Origin: a bacterium
Lineage (GTDB): Bacteria; UBA8248
Assembly (NCBI GenBank): GCA_965221165.1
Contig: CBDCRP010000002.1
Location: 352,001-416,000 of the forward strand
DNA length: 64,000 bases
Reading direction: 5' to 3'
In this document: in pieces, positions 29,858 to 40,045 of the stretch
Layout: the number at the start of each line of letters is the position of its first letter
How positions within the stretch are numbered: the first letter of the stretch is position 1
The notes under the pieces: generated by a model
What the model saw: only the letters and a program-made list of their open reading frames with translations
Database searches by the model: none
Told to the model about the DNA's origin: nothing
Program-made: the position numbers and the translations under genes

Positions 29858-30811
29858 TTATGTATCGTCGCTATTGACTGCGGAATCCACTGGCCACAGA
29901 TCCGTCAGCTTACGCGCTAAGAGAAGCTTAGCGAGCGTCGTATAACGTGGACTTTGCACCGACCAGGGTGGGAGGTCTCGGGATATCGGCTCGATAGCCT
30001 TGGCCTTCTCCGAAAAGATGAGCTTATATTTACCTCCCTCACCGTAAGACTCGATACGCTCGACCGGCGCATAATGCGTGATCGCAGACACAGGTGCTGT
30101 CTGATAACCCGCAACGTACTTGATGCTGTCGAGCTTGCCGCCAGAAATCCGAATGGGGTACCAACAATCATCATCAAGAAAAGTCTCTTTGAATCCTTCT
30201 AGGCGAGCTGGCACAACGATCGTATCTGGCTCGTCGCCTTTCAGAGGATCGCCCATCGGCGGAGTAATGGATCGTGGTTTCGCGACAGTCTTAGGAATCT
30301 CGAAGACACGTAACCCCACCAGAGGCAGGATTTGAAAGATGTCCTTCAGGAAGGCGCGGGTGTCAGCCTTTTCGGCCTCGCTGAGCGGCGGCTCTTGCGG
30401 TGCATTTCCATTAACCAAGTGGCAACGCTTCGTTTTGTTTGCCTGAGCAATGAGCGAATATTCCAACCAAGTCACATGCGCACTGTTCAAGCTATCACTA
30501 CTTGAAACGAACATGACGCCCCAATCCCAGAAATCCTTACTATTGCTACCGGTGTAGTGGGACTGAATCCGCTTTGATACGTCGTCTGTGTGTCCGATAT
30601 AGACGGTCGGAAGATCGTCATCCTGTTCCGTGTACCCGATGAGGATGTATACTCCTGGGCGTTGCGGTTCAGGGCGACGCTTTACTTCCTCCCATTTGTT
30701 GCGAGGAAAAACCAATCCAAGACCGGTCCAATTCATACGGGAGATTAACCGAACACCGTCCGGCTCTCCATCAGGGACGAAAATACGGATGGTGAATGGC
30801 TCAGGCATCAA
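29858..30811 (-). CDS. GIY-YIG nuclease family protein with extra C-terminal domain
   Basis: PGVYILIG...VYIGHT...RI.SH...KDFW, WLE..LI. Confidence 0.8.
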   Translation of the reverse strand: MMPEPFTIRIFVPDGEPDGVRLISRMNWTGLGLVFPRNKWEEVKRRPEPQRPGVYILIGYTEQDDDLPTVYIGHTDDVSKRIQSHYTGSNSKDFWDWGVMFVSSSDSLNSAHVTWLEYSLIAQANKTKRCHLVNGNAPQEPPLSEAEKADTRAFLKDIFQILPLVGLRVFEIPKTVAKPRSITPPMGDPLKGDEPDTIVVPARLEGFKETFLDDDCWYPIRISGGKLDSIKYVAGYQTAPVSAITHYAPVERIESYGEGGKYKLIFSEKAKAIEPISRDLPPWSVQSPRYTTLAKLLLARKLTDLWPVDSAVNSDDT

Positions 30812-31024
30812 TAATCTCCGTCTTTAGAGCAATTTGAGTCCCATCGGTTTGGGGTGCTTTTTCATATATTGGCTTGCAATTTTGAAATCCGATAATTACA
30901 GAGTAAATTCAGGATTTGCAAATCTTATTCATTCTCACACTCCCCATCATGTGGACACGGTCGCCCTGAACAAATTCTCCCTCCTCGGCCAGAACAATCG
31001 CTCCCTCTTCGGTCGCGATTGACC

Positions 31025-31399
31025 TCACACAGGAATATACGCCCCTCTAAATTCCATCAAATCATCGCGCCGGGGGCTGAAAATCTGGAGATCCTGCGAG
31101 CCGTCCTCGAGGGCCTTGAGCCAGTGCTCGACGTTCGACTTGCAAACCACCACCTCGCCCGCACCGACTTCGCGCTCTTCTTCGCCCTCGACGCGGAACA
31201 AAAAGCGGCCCCGCTGGATGAAGGACATCTGCTCGTGGGGGTGTTTGTGGGAGGCGACTTCCGAACCCTCCGAGAAGGTCCAGAGCGCCAGCGTCTGGTT
31301 CTCACCCACTATCATCTGGAGTTCGATGACGCTCTCGGGCGGAATGTTCTCGTGGATGATGCGCATCCGGGGAATACCGTCCCATCGCTGAAAGATCAT
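31025..31399 (-). CDS. Cupin domain protein
   Basis: HKHPHEQ...G, EH, IFSP.R.D. Confidence 0.88.
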   Translation of the reverse strand: MIFQRWDGIPRMRIIHENIPPESVIELQMIVGENQTLALWTFSEGSEVASHKHPHEQMSFIQRGRFLFRVEGEEEREVGAGEVVVCKSNVEHWLKALEDGSQDLQIFSPRRDDLMEFRGAYIPV

Positions 31400-31467
31400 G
31401 TCTCCCTCCTTGTGGTTGAATGAACTGCAAGCCGCTCCGGAGTGTTGGCGAGGGCGTATTGGGAAAA

Positions 31468-31683
31468 TCAGGGATTCGTTGACGTCTCCTCATCGCCCAG
31501 GTCGAGCGGGCGGTAGCCGTAGCGGACGCGCGGCGGCAGTTCTACCCCGTGCTCCGGCCCGAAATACCGCTTGAATACCTCCGAGGGTTTTGCGCGACGC
31601 TCGGCCTCATCCTCTTCATCCATATCGTGAATGGTGATCTCGTCGCTCGCCGGATGACTTCCTCTTGTTTTGTTCCGTCTCAT
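31468..31683 (-). CDS. Small protein resembling an internally deleted FitA-like antitoxin
   Basis: ITIHDMDEE and FGPEHGVELPPR resemble the two ends of FitA-like RHH antitoxins. Confidence 0.35.
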   Translation of the reverse strand: MRRNKTRGSHPASDEITIHDMDEEDEAERRAKPSEVFKRYFGPEHGVELPPRVRYGYRPLDLGDEETSTNP

Positions 31684-31748
31684 GACGATCGGATGATACG
31701 CCGACTCGTCGCCAGAGAAAACAAAGGGTGCGCACCATTCCCTCTTTA

Positions 31749-31835
31749 GGGTCTTACCCGACCTAAGAGGAAGGGTTTGCTGCGGATGAAGAAAACATAG
31801 GTTCGCAATTCCTCGCTCCTCGCTCGGAATTGACC
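31749..31835. repeat. Two hairpin-family repeat copies
   Basis: GGTCTTACCCGACCTAAGAGGAAGGGTTTGC and GCAATTCCTCGCTCCTCGCTCGGAATTGACC match copies at 27.7, 28.7-28.9 and 59.5 kb. Confidence 0.65.
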
Positions 31836-33040
31836 TACCCCACACCCTCGCCCGCCATGAAGCGCGAGATTTCCTCCTCCGGCCAGTCGAGCCATTCCCG
31901 GAGAACCTCCCCGGTGTGCTGACCCAGCAGGGGCGGCGGCTTTATATCGGCCTGCGCGCCGCTCATCATCCACGGCGCGCCCACCACGCGAATCTCACCC
32001 GAAACGGGGTGTTCGACTCGCCGGATGAGGCCCCGGTGCGCGATTTGGGGGTCATCAAGCGCACGCGTGTAGTCGTTCACCGGGGAGAAGCCCACGCGCT
32101 CGGCTTCCAAGCGTTCCTGCCATTCGGCCATCGTCCGCGAGGCGAAAATCTTAGAAACGCGCTCGTTGATGGCGTCTCTGTTCGCCACGCGCGCCCGCGC
32201 GGTGGAAAAGCGTGGGTCCTCCAGGCAGTCCTCGATTCCCAGCGCGCGGCAAAAGCCCGGCCAGAAACCGTCGTGCTGCACGATGACGGTGACGTACTCC
32301 CCATCGCTCGTTTTATAGGTGTTCGCGGGCACCCGGATGGGGTTCTGGTTCCCGTGCCGACCGGGGGCTACGCCCGCCTGGAGCGTCTCGCCCATGCGCG
32401 GCCCCAGGGCGGCCACCATGGCGTCCTGTATGCTAACGTCGATGTAGCGGCCCTCGCCCTCGCGCCGCACCGCGTGGAGCGCGCTCACGATGGCGTAGGC
32501 TGCGAACATGCCCGCCAGCACGTCGGCCAAAGGCGCGCCTATCTGGGTGGGGTCCTCCATTCCCGTCACGCTCATGACGCCCGAGACGGCTTGTAGAATC
32601 GGGTCGATACCCACGCGGTCGCGATAGGGGCCGCTCTGGCCGAAGCCCGAGAGCGAGCAATAGACGATTTTGGGATTCGCCGAGCGCGCATCCTCCCAGC
32701 CGAGGCCCAATTCGGTCAGCTTGCCGGGCGCCATGTTTTCGATGAGCGCATCGGCCTCCCCCGCCAGGGCGCGCACGGCGTCCCTGCCCGCGCTCGTCTT
32801 CATGTTGATGGCGACACTCTTTTTCGAGCGGTTGTTCGCATAAAAATAATCCTCGTGTTCCTCGCGATCCTTGTAGCGGGTGATGCGGCGCGTATCGTCC
32901 CCGAAGCCGGGGCGCTCTATCTTCACCACCTCGGCCCCCATGTCGGCCAGCATCGTGGCGCAGAAAGGACCCGCGACTACCTGTGTGAAATCCAGCACCC
33001 GGAATCCGCTCAAAGGCGCGGCTGCTTTCTCTTCTTGCAT
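31835..33040 (-). CDS. CaiB/BaiF (family III) CoA transferase
   Basis: LSGFRVLDFTQVVAGPF, LADMGAEVVKIE, NRSKKS, SGFGQSGPY, PPLLGQHT. Confidence 0.92.
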   Translation of the reverse strand: MQEEKAAAPLSGFRVLDFTQVVAGPFCATMLADMGAEVVKIERPGFGDDTRRITRYKDREEHEDYFYANNRSKKSVAINMKTSAGRDAVRALAGEADALIENMAPGKLTELGLGWEDARSANPKIVYCSLSGFGQSGPYRDRVGIDPILQAVSGVMSVTGMEDPTQIGAPLADVLAGMFAAYAIVSALHAVRREGEGRYIDVSIQDAMVAALGPRMGETLQAGVAPGRHGNQNPIRVPANTYKTSDGEYVTVIVQHDGFWPGFCRALGIEDCLEDPRFSTARARVANRDAINERVSKIFASRTMAEWQERLEAERVGFSPVNDYTRALDDPQIAHRGLIRRVEHPVSGEIRVVGAPWMMSGAQADIKPPPLLGQHTGEVLREWLDWPEEEISRFMAGEGVG

Positions 33041-33152
33041 CTCTCCCTCAACGGATGGAACCGGCGCGACGGAAGGCGGAAGACCTCATCGCCCCGGCTT
33101 ATTCGACAACAGCTAAATGAAGACTACATCCTGGATGTGCGCCCGGCGCGCA

Positions 33153-33238
33153 TGGTACCCGGGGCCGGACTCGAACCGGCACGGCCTCTCGGCCAAGGGA
33201 TTTTAAGTCCCTAGTGTCTACCATTCCACCACCCGGGC
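33153..33238 (-). tRNA. tRNA-Leu (TAA)
   Basis: GCCCGGGTGGTGGAATGGTAGACAC..GACTTAAAATC..long variable arm..GGTTCGAGTCC..ACCA. Confidence 0.95.
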
Positions 33239-33351
33239 AGGTGTGGGGAGAATACCCCACCAGGCGGCGTTTCCGCCACTTTGATACTTCTTGAGAGGGG
33301 GGAAAACTCCCAAAGGAAGCGGGAGGACGCGCGCGTATCTGCCGCACGAGA

Positions 33352-33399
33352 AGAAAAGGGCCGCAGGCGTGAGAGTGAAACCCCGCGCGCCGCGGCCCT
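33352..33399 (-). terminator. Probable terminator downstream of the LVIVD gene
   Basis: Minus strand AGGGCCGCGGCGCG...CGCCTGCGGCCCT followed by TTTCTT. Confidence 0.5.
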
Positions 33400-33497
33400 A
33401 CTTCGGCGAGAGATTATTGCCTAACCCGTGCAATTCACATCGTGAAGTCTTGGAGCTATCGTTACCAGGATCACCACCGGGCAGACAATTATGAAAG

Positions 33498-34772
33498 CTA
33501 GCCCGTGTACTCCATGATGTGCAGGCCCAGCCCCCAGCGATCGGCCATGTAGATGAGGCCCGTGTCCTTGTCCACCTGCACGTCGTTGCTCTGCGGGCAG
33601 CAGCGCTCCTTCGTGCCTGCGGGGATGTAGTAGCCCACCTCCTTGGGGCTGAAGGGATTCGACCAGTCCACCACGCGAAGGCCTGCGTTGAACCAGCAGA
33701 TGTACATGAGGTCGTCCTTCGTCATGTCGAGCCAGATGTTGTGCGCGCCGTGGCGCGAGCCCGTCTTGTTCCATTTATCATCCAGCGGCCGCATCTCGAT
33801 CGGGTCGATCTCATAGGGCATGAACGTGCTCACCGGCAGAGGCTCGTGAATGTTCCTGAGGTCGTAGAAGGTCACGAATGCAGGCGGATCGTCGCAGTTC
33901 ACCGTGGTGGTCTCCTGCGTCACGATGCCGAAATCAGACCCCTCCGGCACCAGGAAGCTGTGGTAACAGCCCGCCCAGCCGTGCGTCTCGTGCGGATTGT
34001 GGCGCCACATGAGTTCGGGCTTTGTCGGGTCGCTCAGATCAAACAGCGCGACCCCTGCGTCCCAATAGCCCGCCGTGACGTAGTTCCCCCAGGGATTTCC
34101 CTCGTGAATCCACGCGCCGTCGCCCACGATCTCGGGGTCCCAGGAGGGCGCTTCCCCATCCTTTTGGCCCGGAATCGCGCCCATGCCGATGAATTCGGGC
34201 GCCCAGGGGTCCTTCATGTCGTGGACGAGGAGCACCTTGCCCGCGTAGCCGTCCTTGAAGCCCGAGCTGTACATCAACTGACGCTTTCTGTCGTAGATCG
34301 GCCGGTGGATGCCGAATCCGTCCACTTCCACGTAGTTCACGAATTTGGGGTGGAACGGGTCGCGGTTATCAAAAATGCGCAAGCCGCCGATGGCGTCCGG
34401 GTACTGAGCGCGCAGGGCGGGCCTGAGCTCGGAGTTCGTGATCAGCACCTCGTCGTTGATGCGGAGCACCTTGTGCGTGCGCGCCGCCGGGCTGTCGACG
34501 ATCTGGTTGATGATCTTGGGATTCGTCGGGTCGGTGACGTCGAGAATCGTCATGCCGTCGTGGCCGTTCACGCCCGAGGCCGCGACGTAGCAGATGCCGC
34601 CGCCCACCTGAATCTGGAACGCGTCGCCCCAGCCGTTCAAGTCCGAATGGGCGACGAGGCGGACGTTATGCGCCTCTTCCTTCCAGGGTTCGGTGAGCAC
34701 GTGGTCCACGCCGGTGTAGGCGTCGTTGCCGCCGCCGCGAATGGGGTTTGGGTGATACGAGGGTCTGGGCAT
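33498..34772 (-). CDS. LVIVD-repeat (beta-propeller) protein
   Basis: ILDVTDP..P, LFDLSDP..P, GAHN, WFNAGLRVVD...P..P.EVGYYIP. Confidence 0.85.
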   Translation of the reverse strand: MPRPSYHPNPIRGGGNDAYTGVDHVLTEPWKEEAHNVRLVAHSDLNGWGDAFQIQVGGGICYVAASGVNGHDGMTILDVTDPTNPKIINQIVDSPAARTHKVLRINDEVLITNSELRPALRAQYPDAIGGLRIFDNRDPFHPKFVNYVEVDGFGIHRPIYDRKRQLMYSSGFKDGYAGKVLLVHDMKDPWAPEFIGMGAIPGQKDGEAPSWDPEIVGDGAWIHEGNPWGNYVTAGYWDAGVALFDLSDPTKPELMWRHNPHETHGWAGCYHSFLVPEGSDFGIVTQETTTVNCDDPPAFVTFYDLRNIHEPLPVSTFMPYEIDPIEMRPLDDKWNKTGSRHGAHNIWLDMTKDDLMYICWFNAGLRVVDWSNPFSPKEVGYYIPAGTKERCCPQSNDVQVDKDTGLIYMADRWGLGLHIMEYTG

Positions 34773-34903
34773 GGTTCCTCCATCAAAAATGAATGATGCC
34801 GAACAAACGAACGTGTGAGATTCGCGGCGCATTCTATGGGAAGAGCGTGGACTTGGGAAAGGGCTTCGAGGGGATTTTTCGGTATTACGCCTCTAGGAAC
34901 AAA

Positions 34904-36025
34904 CTATTCTTCCCGAAACAGGCGGATGAAATCATCGAAAGGAGCGGGCGGAATTTTGGCGACCTCCATGTTCTCGACGACGTGGTCCATCTGGCGCATG
35001 CCCACCAGGGCGACGGCCACGCCGGGCGCGCTGCGGGTGAACTGGATTGCCCGCTGCCCGTCGGTGGAAAACCCCGGAAACACCTCCCCTATCATGGGGG
35101 GAAGCCCATCAGCCGCCTGGCCCTGGAGTATCGAGCCGCTCGTCATGACGGTAACGCCGTTTTTGGCCGCAGCGGCCAGAAAACACGTCATCTCGCCGTC
35201 CAGGGCCTGATTCGGCTTGTAGAAGGCCTCGGGCATGCCCAGGTTCAGCGGCAATTGAACGACCCTGAAATGGTGATCCTCCCCGCCCGCTGCCCGCGCA
35301 ACGCCCAGAACCTCTTCCAGCGATAGATACTCTCCCTCGCCCGGCTCCATGCGATACCCGTTCCAGGTGGCCGTGCCGTAGCTCCTGATCTTCCCCTCCG
35401 CCACGGCGCCCTCGAGCGCCTCGAAGGCGTCCCTGAGCCGGCTCAGGAAAACCTCGCGCGACACTTCCTGAAGCTGCGTCTCGGGGTTGTGCACGTAGTA
35501 GACGTCGATGGTCTCGACTCCCAGGTTCTTAATACTCGCATCGAGTTCGTGCCTCAGATACGCGGGCGTCATGCAGTGGCAGTTCGCAACGACGTCCTCA
35601 GGCGTGCAAACCCCCGGCTCGAAATAGGTTTTTTGCATGTAGTCCATGAAATCCGCCTGCCCCTGGGGCGGATGGGTATCGAAGGGGATGAATCCCCCCT
35701 TGGTGGCTATTACCAGCGCCTCCCTGCCCACTTCGCCCCCGGCGAACAAATCGTCCAAAGCCGCGCGGATGCTCCTTTCGCTGCGCTGGAAGCGGTAGTT
35801 CACCGCCGTGTCGATGACGTTGCATCCGCCCCGGACGGCGGCGGCCACGGATTCGCGATAGGCGGCGTCGGTCGCCTCGTCCGCTTCCCCGAGATAGGTG
35901 CCGATGCCGATCGAGGAGAGCCACAGACCGTCCAGTTGCCTGAAATGCTCGGGGTGCAAGACGGACGAATGGGCTTGCGCGTAGCTCTGCGTACCCTCGG
36001 TCGTGGCGAAACCTGCATGGGCCAT
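34904..36025 (-). CDS. Aldo/keto reductase
   Basis: SSIGIGTYLG, IDTAVNYR, TKGG, YYVHNPE, VQLP.N. Confidence 0.9.
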   Translation of the reverse strand: MAHAGFATTEGTQSYAQAHSSVLHPEHFRQLDGLWLSSIGIGTYLGEADEATDAAYRESVAAAVRGGCNVIDTAVNYRFQRSERSIRAALDDLFAGGEVGREALVIATKGGFIPFDTHPPQGQADFMDYMQKTYFEPGVCTPEDVVANCHCMTPAYLRHELDASIKNLGVETIDVYYVHNPETQLQEVSREVFLSRLRDAFEALEGAVAEGKIRSYGTATWNGYRMEPGEGEYLSLEEVLGVARAAGGEDHHFRVVQLPLNLGMPEAFYKPNQALDGEMTCFLAAAAKNGVTVMTSGSILQGQAADGLPPMIGEVFPGFSTDGQRAIQFTRSAPGVAVALVGMRQMDHVVENMEVAKIPPAPFDDFIRLFREE

Positions 36026-36137
36026 AAGTTCATATCCTAACGATTAGTGAAAAGATGGGTCATCCTACACGCATTGGGGATAAAAGGCGATGAGATGAAA
36101 TCCAGGGGTCTGCGTTCATCCGCCTCTAATTATCGTC

Positions 36138-36167
36138 TTGACACGGGCCGCTCATATCAACAATAAT
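36138..36167 (+). promoter_or_regulatory. Candidate sigma70 promoter for the cox-like operon
   Basis: TTGACA-N18-AATAAT. Confidence 0.45.
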
Positions 36168-36275
36168 ATTTTCACTCGATAACTTGATGGAGGAGCACTT
36201 TTCTTCGGCGATGGAGAAGCCCTCCTTTCTCAGGGATTCGCTTCGGACATCTTTCATCGTGGGGGCCGGGATACC

Positions 36276-36740
36276 TTGGAAATCAACATCAGCATCAACG
36301 GCGAGAGCCGGACATTCGATGTGGAACCCAGAACCCTTCTCGTTCATCTGCTGCGCGATGATGCGGGCCTCACGGGCACGCACGTCGCGTGTGAAACCTC
36401 GATATGCGGCGCCTGCACCGTCCTGATCGACGACAAGGCGGTGAAAAGCTGCACCGTCCTGGCCGCGCAGGCGGATGGTTGTGCGGTCACGACCATCGAG
36501 GGGCTCGCTGACGGTGAGCAGCTCCACCCCTTGCAGGAGCAGTTCTGGGAGAAACACGGCCTTCAGTGCGGCTACTGCACGCCGGGCATGATCCTGACGG
36601 CGAACCAGCTCATCGCGTCCAACTCCGATCCGACGGACGAGGAAATCAGGCACGGCATAGAAGGCAACATTTGCCGCTGCACGGGTTATCAAAACATCGT
36701 CGACGCCATTTCAGCGGCGGCGGCTCAGATGAGGGGATAA
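36276..36740 (+). CDS. coxS: Mo-hydroxylase [2Fe-2S] small subunit (CoxS-like)
   Basis: CETSICGACT, QCGYCTPG, GNICRCTGY. Confidence 0.9.
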   Translation: MEINISINGESRTFDVEPRTLLVHLLRDDAGLTGTHVACETSICGACTVLIDDKAVKSCTVLAAQADGCAVTTIEGLADGEQLHPLQEQFWEKHGLQCGYCTPGMILTANQLIASNSDPTDEEIRHGIEGNICRCTGYQNIVDAISAAAAQMRG

Positions 36741-36743
36741 GAG

Positions 36744-39071
36744 ATGGCCCAAGCCCCCAAATTCATCGGCGCGCCCATCAAAAGACGAGACGATCCGCGT
36801 CTCATTCAGGGTCTCGCCCATTATGTGGACGATTTCAACCCTGCCGGCACCCTGCACATGGCAGTGGTGAGAAGCCCCTTCGGCCATGCCGCCATACGCT
36901 CGGTCGATATTTCCAGGGCGAAAGAAGCGGACGGCGTCGTAGCCGTCTACACGCACGAGGAGACGAAGGGCATCGGCCCCGTTCCCGTGGGCGGCCTCGT
37001 GCCCGACGCCAAGGTGCCGGAACAACCGATACTGGCCGATAAAAAAGTCCTGTTCGCCGGCGAACCCGTCGTCGCGGTTATCGCCGAGACGCGCTACGGC
37101 GCATGGGACGCGGCGGAATTGGTCGAGATCGACTACGAGCCGCTCGACGCCGTGGTCGACCTGGAAAAGGCTCTCGAGCCCGGCTCGCCCAAGGTGCACG
37201 ACGCCTATGAGAGTAACGAGGCGTTCAAATGGGGGATCGCCGGCGGCGACGTGGAAGCCGGCTTCCAGGAAGCCGACGTCATCGTCAAGGAGAAGATCAC
37301 CAACGCCCGCGTCGCCCCGCTGGCACTGGAGCCCAGAGGCGTTCTGGCGCACTACCTCCCCGGCGAGGACAAGATGACGATATGGACCTCCACCCAGGTG
37401 CCCCACAAGGTGCGCACGCTGGTGGCGCTCCAGATCGGTATGCCCGAGAACCGCATGCGCGTCATCGCGCCGGAAGTAGGCGGCGGCTTCGGCAGCAAGC
37501 TCAACATCTACCGCGAAGAGGCGCTCGCCGCTTACGTCACGCGCGAACTCGGCCTTCCGATCAAGTGGGTGGAAAGCCGTTCAGAGAACTTCATGACCAC
37601 CATCCACGGGCGCGGCCAGGTGGGCGAGGTGGAAATGGGCCTCAAGAGCGACGGCACCGTCACCGCGTTCCGCTACAACGTGCTGGCCGATTGCGGGGCC
37701 TACTACCAGTTGCTCACCGTGGCCATCTTCACGCTGACGGGCCTCATGCTTCCCGGCCCCTACAAAATCGAGAACATCGAGATGAACGCCACCGGCGTAT
37801 TCACCAACAAGGTGGCGACCGACGCCTACCGGGGCGCGGGCAGGCCCGAGGCGACCTACATTCTCGAACGCATGATGGACATCGCGGCGATAGAACTGGG
37901 CATGGACCCCGTGGATATCAGGCGCAAGAATTTCCCGGATAAATCCGAGTTCCCCTTCAGCACGTCCGCAGGTCTCAGCTACGACAGCGGGGATTACCAC
38001 CTGGCGCTCGACCGCGCGCTCGAAGCGGCGGATTACCCCGCCATGCGCGCGCAGCAGGAAGAAGCCAGAAAAGACGGCAGGTATCTGGGAATCGGCTTTT
38101 CCACCTACGTCGAGATATGCGGCATGGGACCCTCCGCCGCACTGGGCGGCCAGGGTTGGGAGAGCGCGCGCGTGCGCGTGGAGCCCACGGGCAAAGCCAC
38201 CGTGTTCTCGGGCGCATCGCCCCACGGACAGGGCCAGCAGACTTCTTTCGCCCAGATCGTGGCGGACGGGCTGGGCATCTCCGTGGACGACGTGACCGTC
38301 ATCCACGGAGATACCGACGTGGTTCCCTACGGCGTGGGCACCTTCGGCAGCCGGGGCACCGTGGTGGGCGGCTCGGCGGTCGTCTACGCGCGCGACAAGG
38401 TGCGGGCCAAAATGGCCAAGTTCGCGGCGATGGAATTCGAGGCCGACGAGGACGACATCGAATTCGAGGACGGCAAGGTATTCGTCAGGAGCGCGCCCGA
38501 GAAATCGGCCGGCTTCGCCGAGGTCGCGATGATGGCCTACAGCGCCATCGCGCTTCCCGAAGACACCGACCCGGGCCTCGAGGAGACGCACTTCTTCGAG
38601 CCGAGCAACTTCACCTTCCCCTTCGGGACGCACATCGTCCTGGCCGAGGTCGACCCGGAAACGGGCGAGGTGGAGATTCTCCGCTACGTGGCGGTGGACG
38701 ACGTGGGCAACATGATCAACCCGCTGCTCGTGCACGGACAGATCCACGGCGGCATCGCCCAGGGGATGGGACAGGCTCTGGAAGAGGAGATGATTTACGG
38801 CGAGGGCGGGCAGCCGCTCAACGCATCTTTCATGCACTACGCCCTTCCCAAGGCGAACAGGCTGCCCCGCTTCGAGCTTCTGCACACCACCACGCCGACG
38901 GACGTGAACCCCCTCGGCGCGAAAGGAGTGGGCGAGGCCGGCACCATCGGCTCGACACCCGCCGTAGTGAACGCCGTGCTCGACGCTCTCTCGCCATTCG
39001 GCATCACGCACATCGACATGCCGCTGCGCCCCGAGAGGTTGTGGCGCGCCATCGCCGAGAAGAGGGCCTAA
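36744..39071 (+). CDS. coxL: Mo-hydroxylase molybdopterin subunit (form II CoxL-like)
   Basis: VGGGFGSK, AYRGAGRPEA, HGQG, GQIHGG, AKGVGE. Confidence 0.88.
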   Translation: MAQAPKFIGAPIKRRDDPRLIQGLAHYVDDFNPAGTLHMAVVRSPFGHAAIRSVDISRAKEADGVVAVYTHEETKGIGPVPVGGLVPDAKVPEQPILADKKVLFAGEPVVAVIAETRYGAWDAAELVEIDYEPLDAVVDLEKALEPGSPKVHDAYESNEAFKWGIAGGDVEAGFQEADVIVKEKITNARVAPLALEPRGVLAHYLPGEDKMTIWTSTQVPHKVRTLVALQIGMPENRMRVIAPEVGGGFGSKLNIYREEALAAYVTRELGLPIKWVESRSENFMTTIHGRGQVGEVEMGLKSDGTVTAFRYNVLADCGAYYQLLTVAIFTLTGLMLPGPYKIENIEMNATGVFTNKVATDAYRGAGRPEATYILERMMDIAAIELGMDPVDIRRKNFPDKSEFPFSTSAGLSYDSGDYHLALDRALEAADYPAMRAQQEEARKDGRYLGIGFSTYVEICGMGPSAALGGQGWESARVRVEPTGKATVFSGASPHGQGQQTSFAQIVADGLGISVDDVTVIHGDTDVVPYGVGTFGSRGTVVGGSAVVYARDKVRAKMAKFAAMEFEADEDDIEFEDGKVFVRSAPEKSAGFAEVAMMAYSAIALPEDTDPGLEETHFFEPSNFTFPFGTHIVLAEVDPETGEVEILRYVAVDDVGNMINPLLVHGQIHGGIAQGMGQALEEEMIYGEGGQPLNASFMHYALPKANRLPRFELLHTTTPTDVNPLGAKGVGEAGTIGSTPAVVNAVLDALSPFGITHIDMPLRPERLWRAIAEKRA

Positions 39072-39073
39072 GA

Positions 39074-39946
39074 ATGATTCCAGCTTCTTTCGACTACGTT
39101 CGACCACAATCGCTAGAAGACGCTCTCGCGCAACTCGGGGAGCATGGAGAGGAAGCGCGAGTCCTCGCCGGAGGCCATAGCCTTCTGCCCGTGATGAAGG
39201 CGAGGCTCGCCGACCCGGGCGTCCTCATCGACATCGCCCACATCGAGGGCCTCTCGGGCATCACCGAGTCTGAGGGCGGAGTTCGCATCGGCGCGATGGC
39301 GACCCACGCCGAAATCGAGAATTCATCTCTGGTGCAGGAAAAATGCCAGGCCCTCGCGGAAGCGGCGGGCTCGATTGGCGACGTGCAGGTAAGGAACCGG
39401 GGCACGCTGGGCGGCTCTCTCGCCCATGCCGACCCCGCCGCCGACTACCCGGCGGCCGTACTCGCGGCGGGAGCGGAAATAACCGCAGCAGGCGCGGATG
39501 GCGAGCGCGTCATCGTAATCGATGATTTCTTCACGGGCACGTATGAAACGGCCCTCGCCCCCGGCGAGATTCTCACATCCGTTCGCATACCGGCTCCGGC
39601 CGCGCGGGGCGGAAGTGCGTATCTCAAGGCGGCGCAACAGGCGAGCGGCTTCGCGGTTTGCGGCGTGGCGGCTCAACTCACACTGGACGGAAACGGCTCT
39701 GTCGAATCCATCCGCGTGGGCGTGACGGGCGTGGCCGCGCCCGCCTATCGGGCCACAAACGTCGAGGACGCCCTCATGGGCAGCGCGCCGAGCGCGGAGT
39801 CGATTCGCAAGGCGGCTGCGGGGGCTGGTGAGGGCGTCGATGCGCTGGATGATTTTTACGCCGGGGCGGATTTCAGACGCCATCTGGCCGGCGTCTATGC
39901 CGCGCGCGCCATCGGCAAGGCCTGGATCCGCGCCTCGGGCAACTAA
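39074..39946 (+). CDS. coxM: Mo-hydroxylase FAD subunit (CoxM-like)
   Basis: MIPASFDY.RP, LAGGHSL, QVRNRGTLGGSLAHADP. Confidence 0.9.
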   Translation: MIPASFDYVRPQSLEDALAQLGEHGEEARVLAGGHSLLPVMKARLADPGVLIDIAHIEGLSGITESEGGVRIGAMATHAEIENSSLVQEKCQALAEAAGSIGDVQVRNRGTLGGSLAHADPAADYPAAVLAAGAEITAAGADGERVIVIDDFFTGTYETALAPGEILTSVRIPAPAARGGSAYLKAAQQASGFAVCGVAAQLTLDGNGSVESIRVGVTGVAAPAYRATNVEDALMGSAPSAESIRKAAAGAGEGVDALDDFYAGADFRRHLAGVYAARAIGKAWIRASGN

Positions 39947-40045
39947 CGCCTCCCTTGCGGGCGTGCATATTCCCCGACAAAACGTGTTTTCCTCCCATCG
40001 CCCGCATAACTTGCGGGCGATTTTCATGTCCGTAGCGATTTCAAA

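Noticed and set aside
36744-39071. Bona fide aerobic CO dehydrogenase
   Set aside because: Lacks the AYxCSFR Cu-binding motif and the accessory genes
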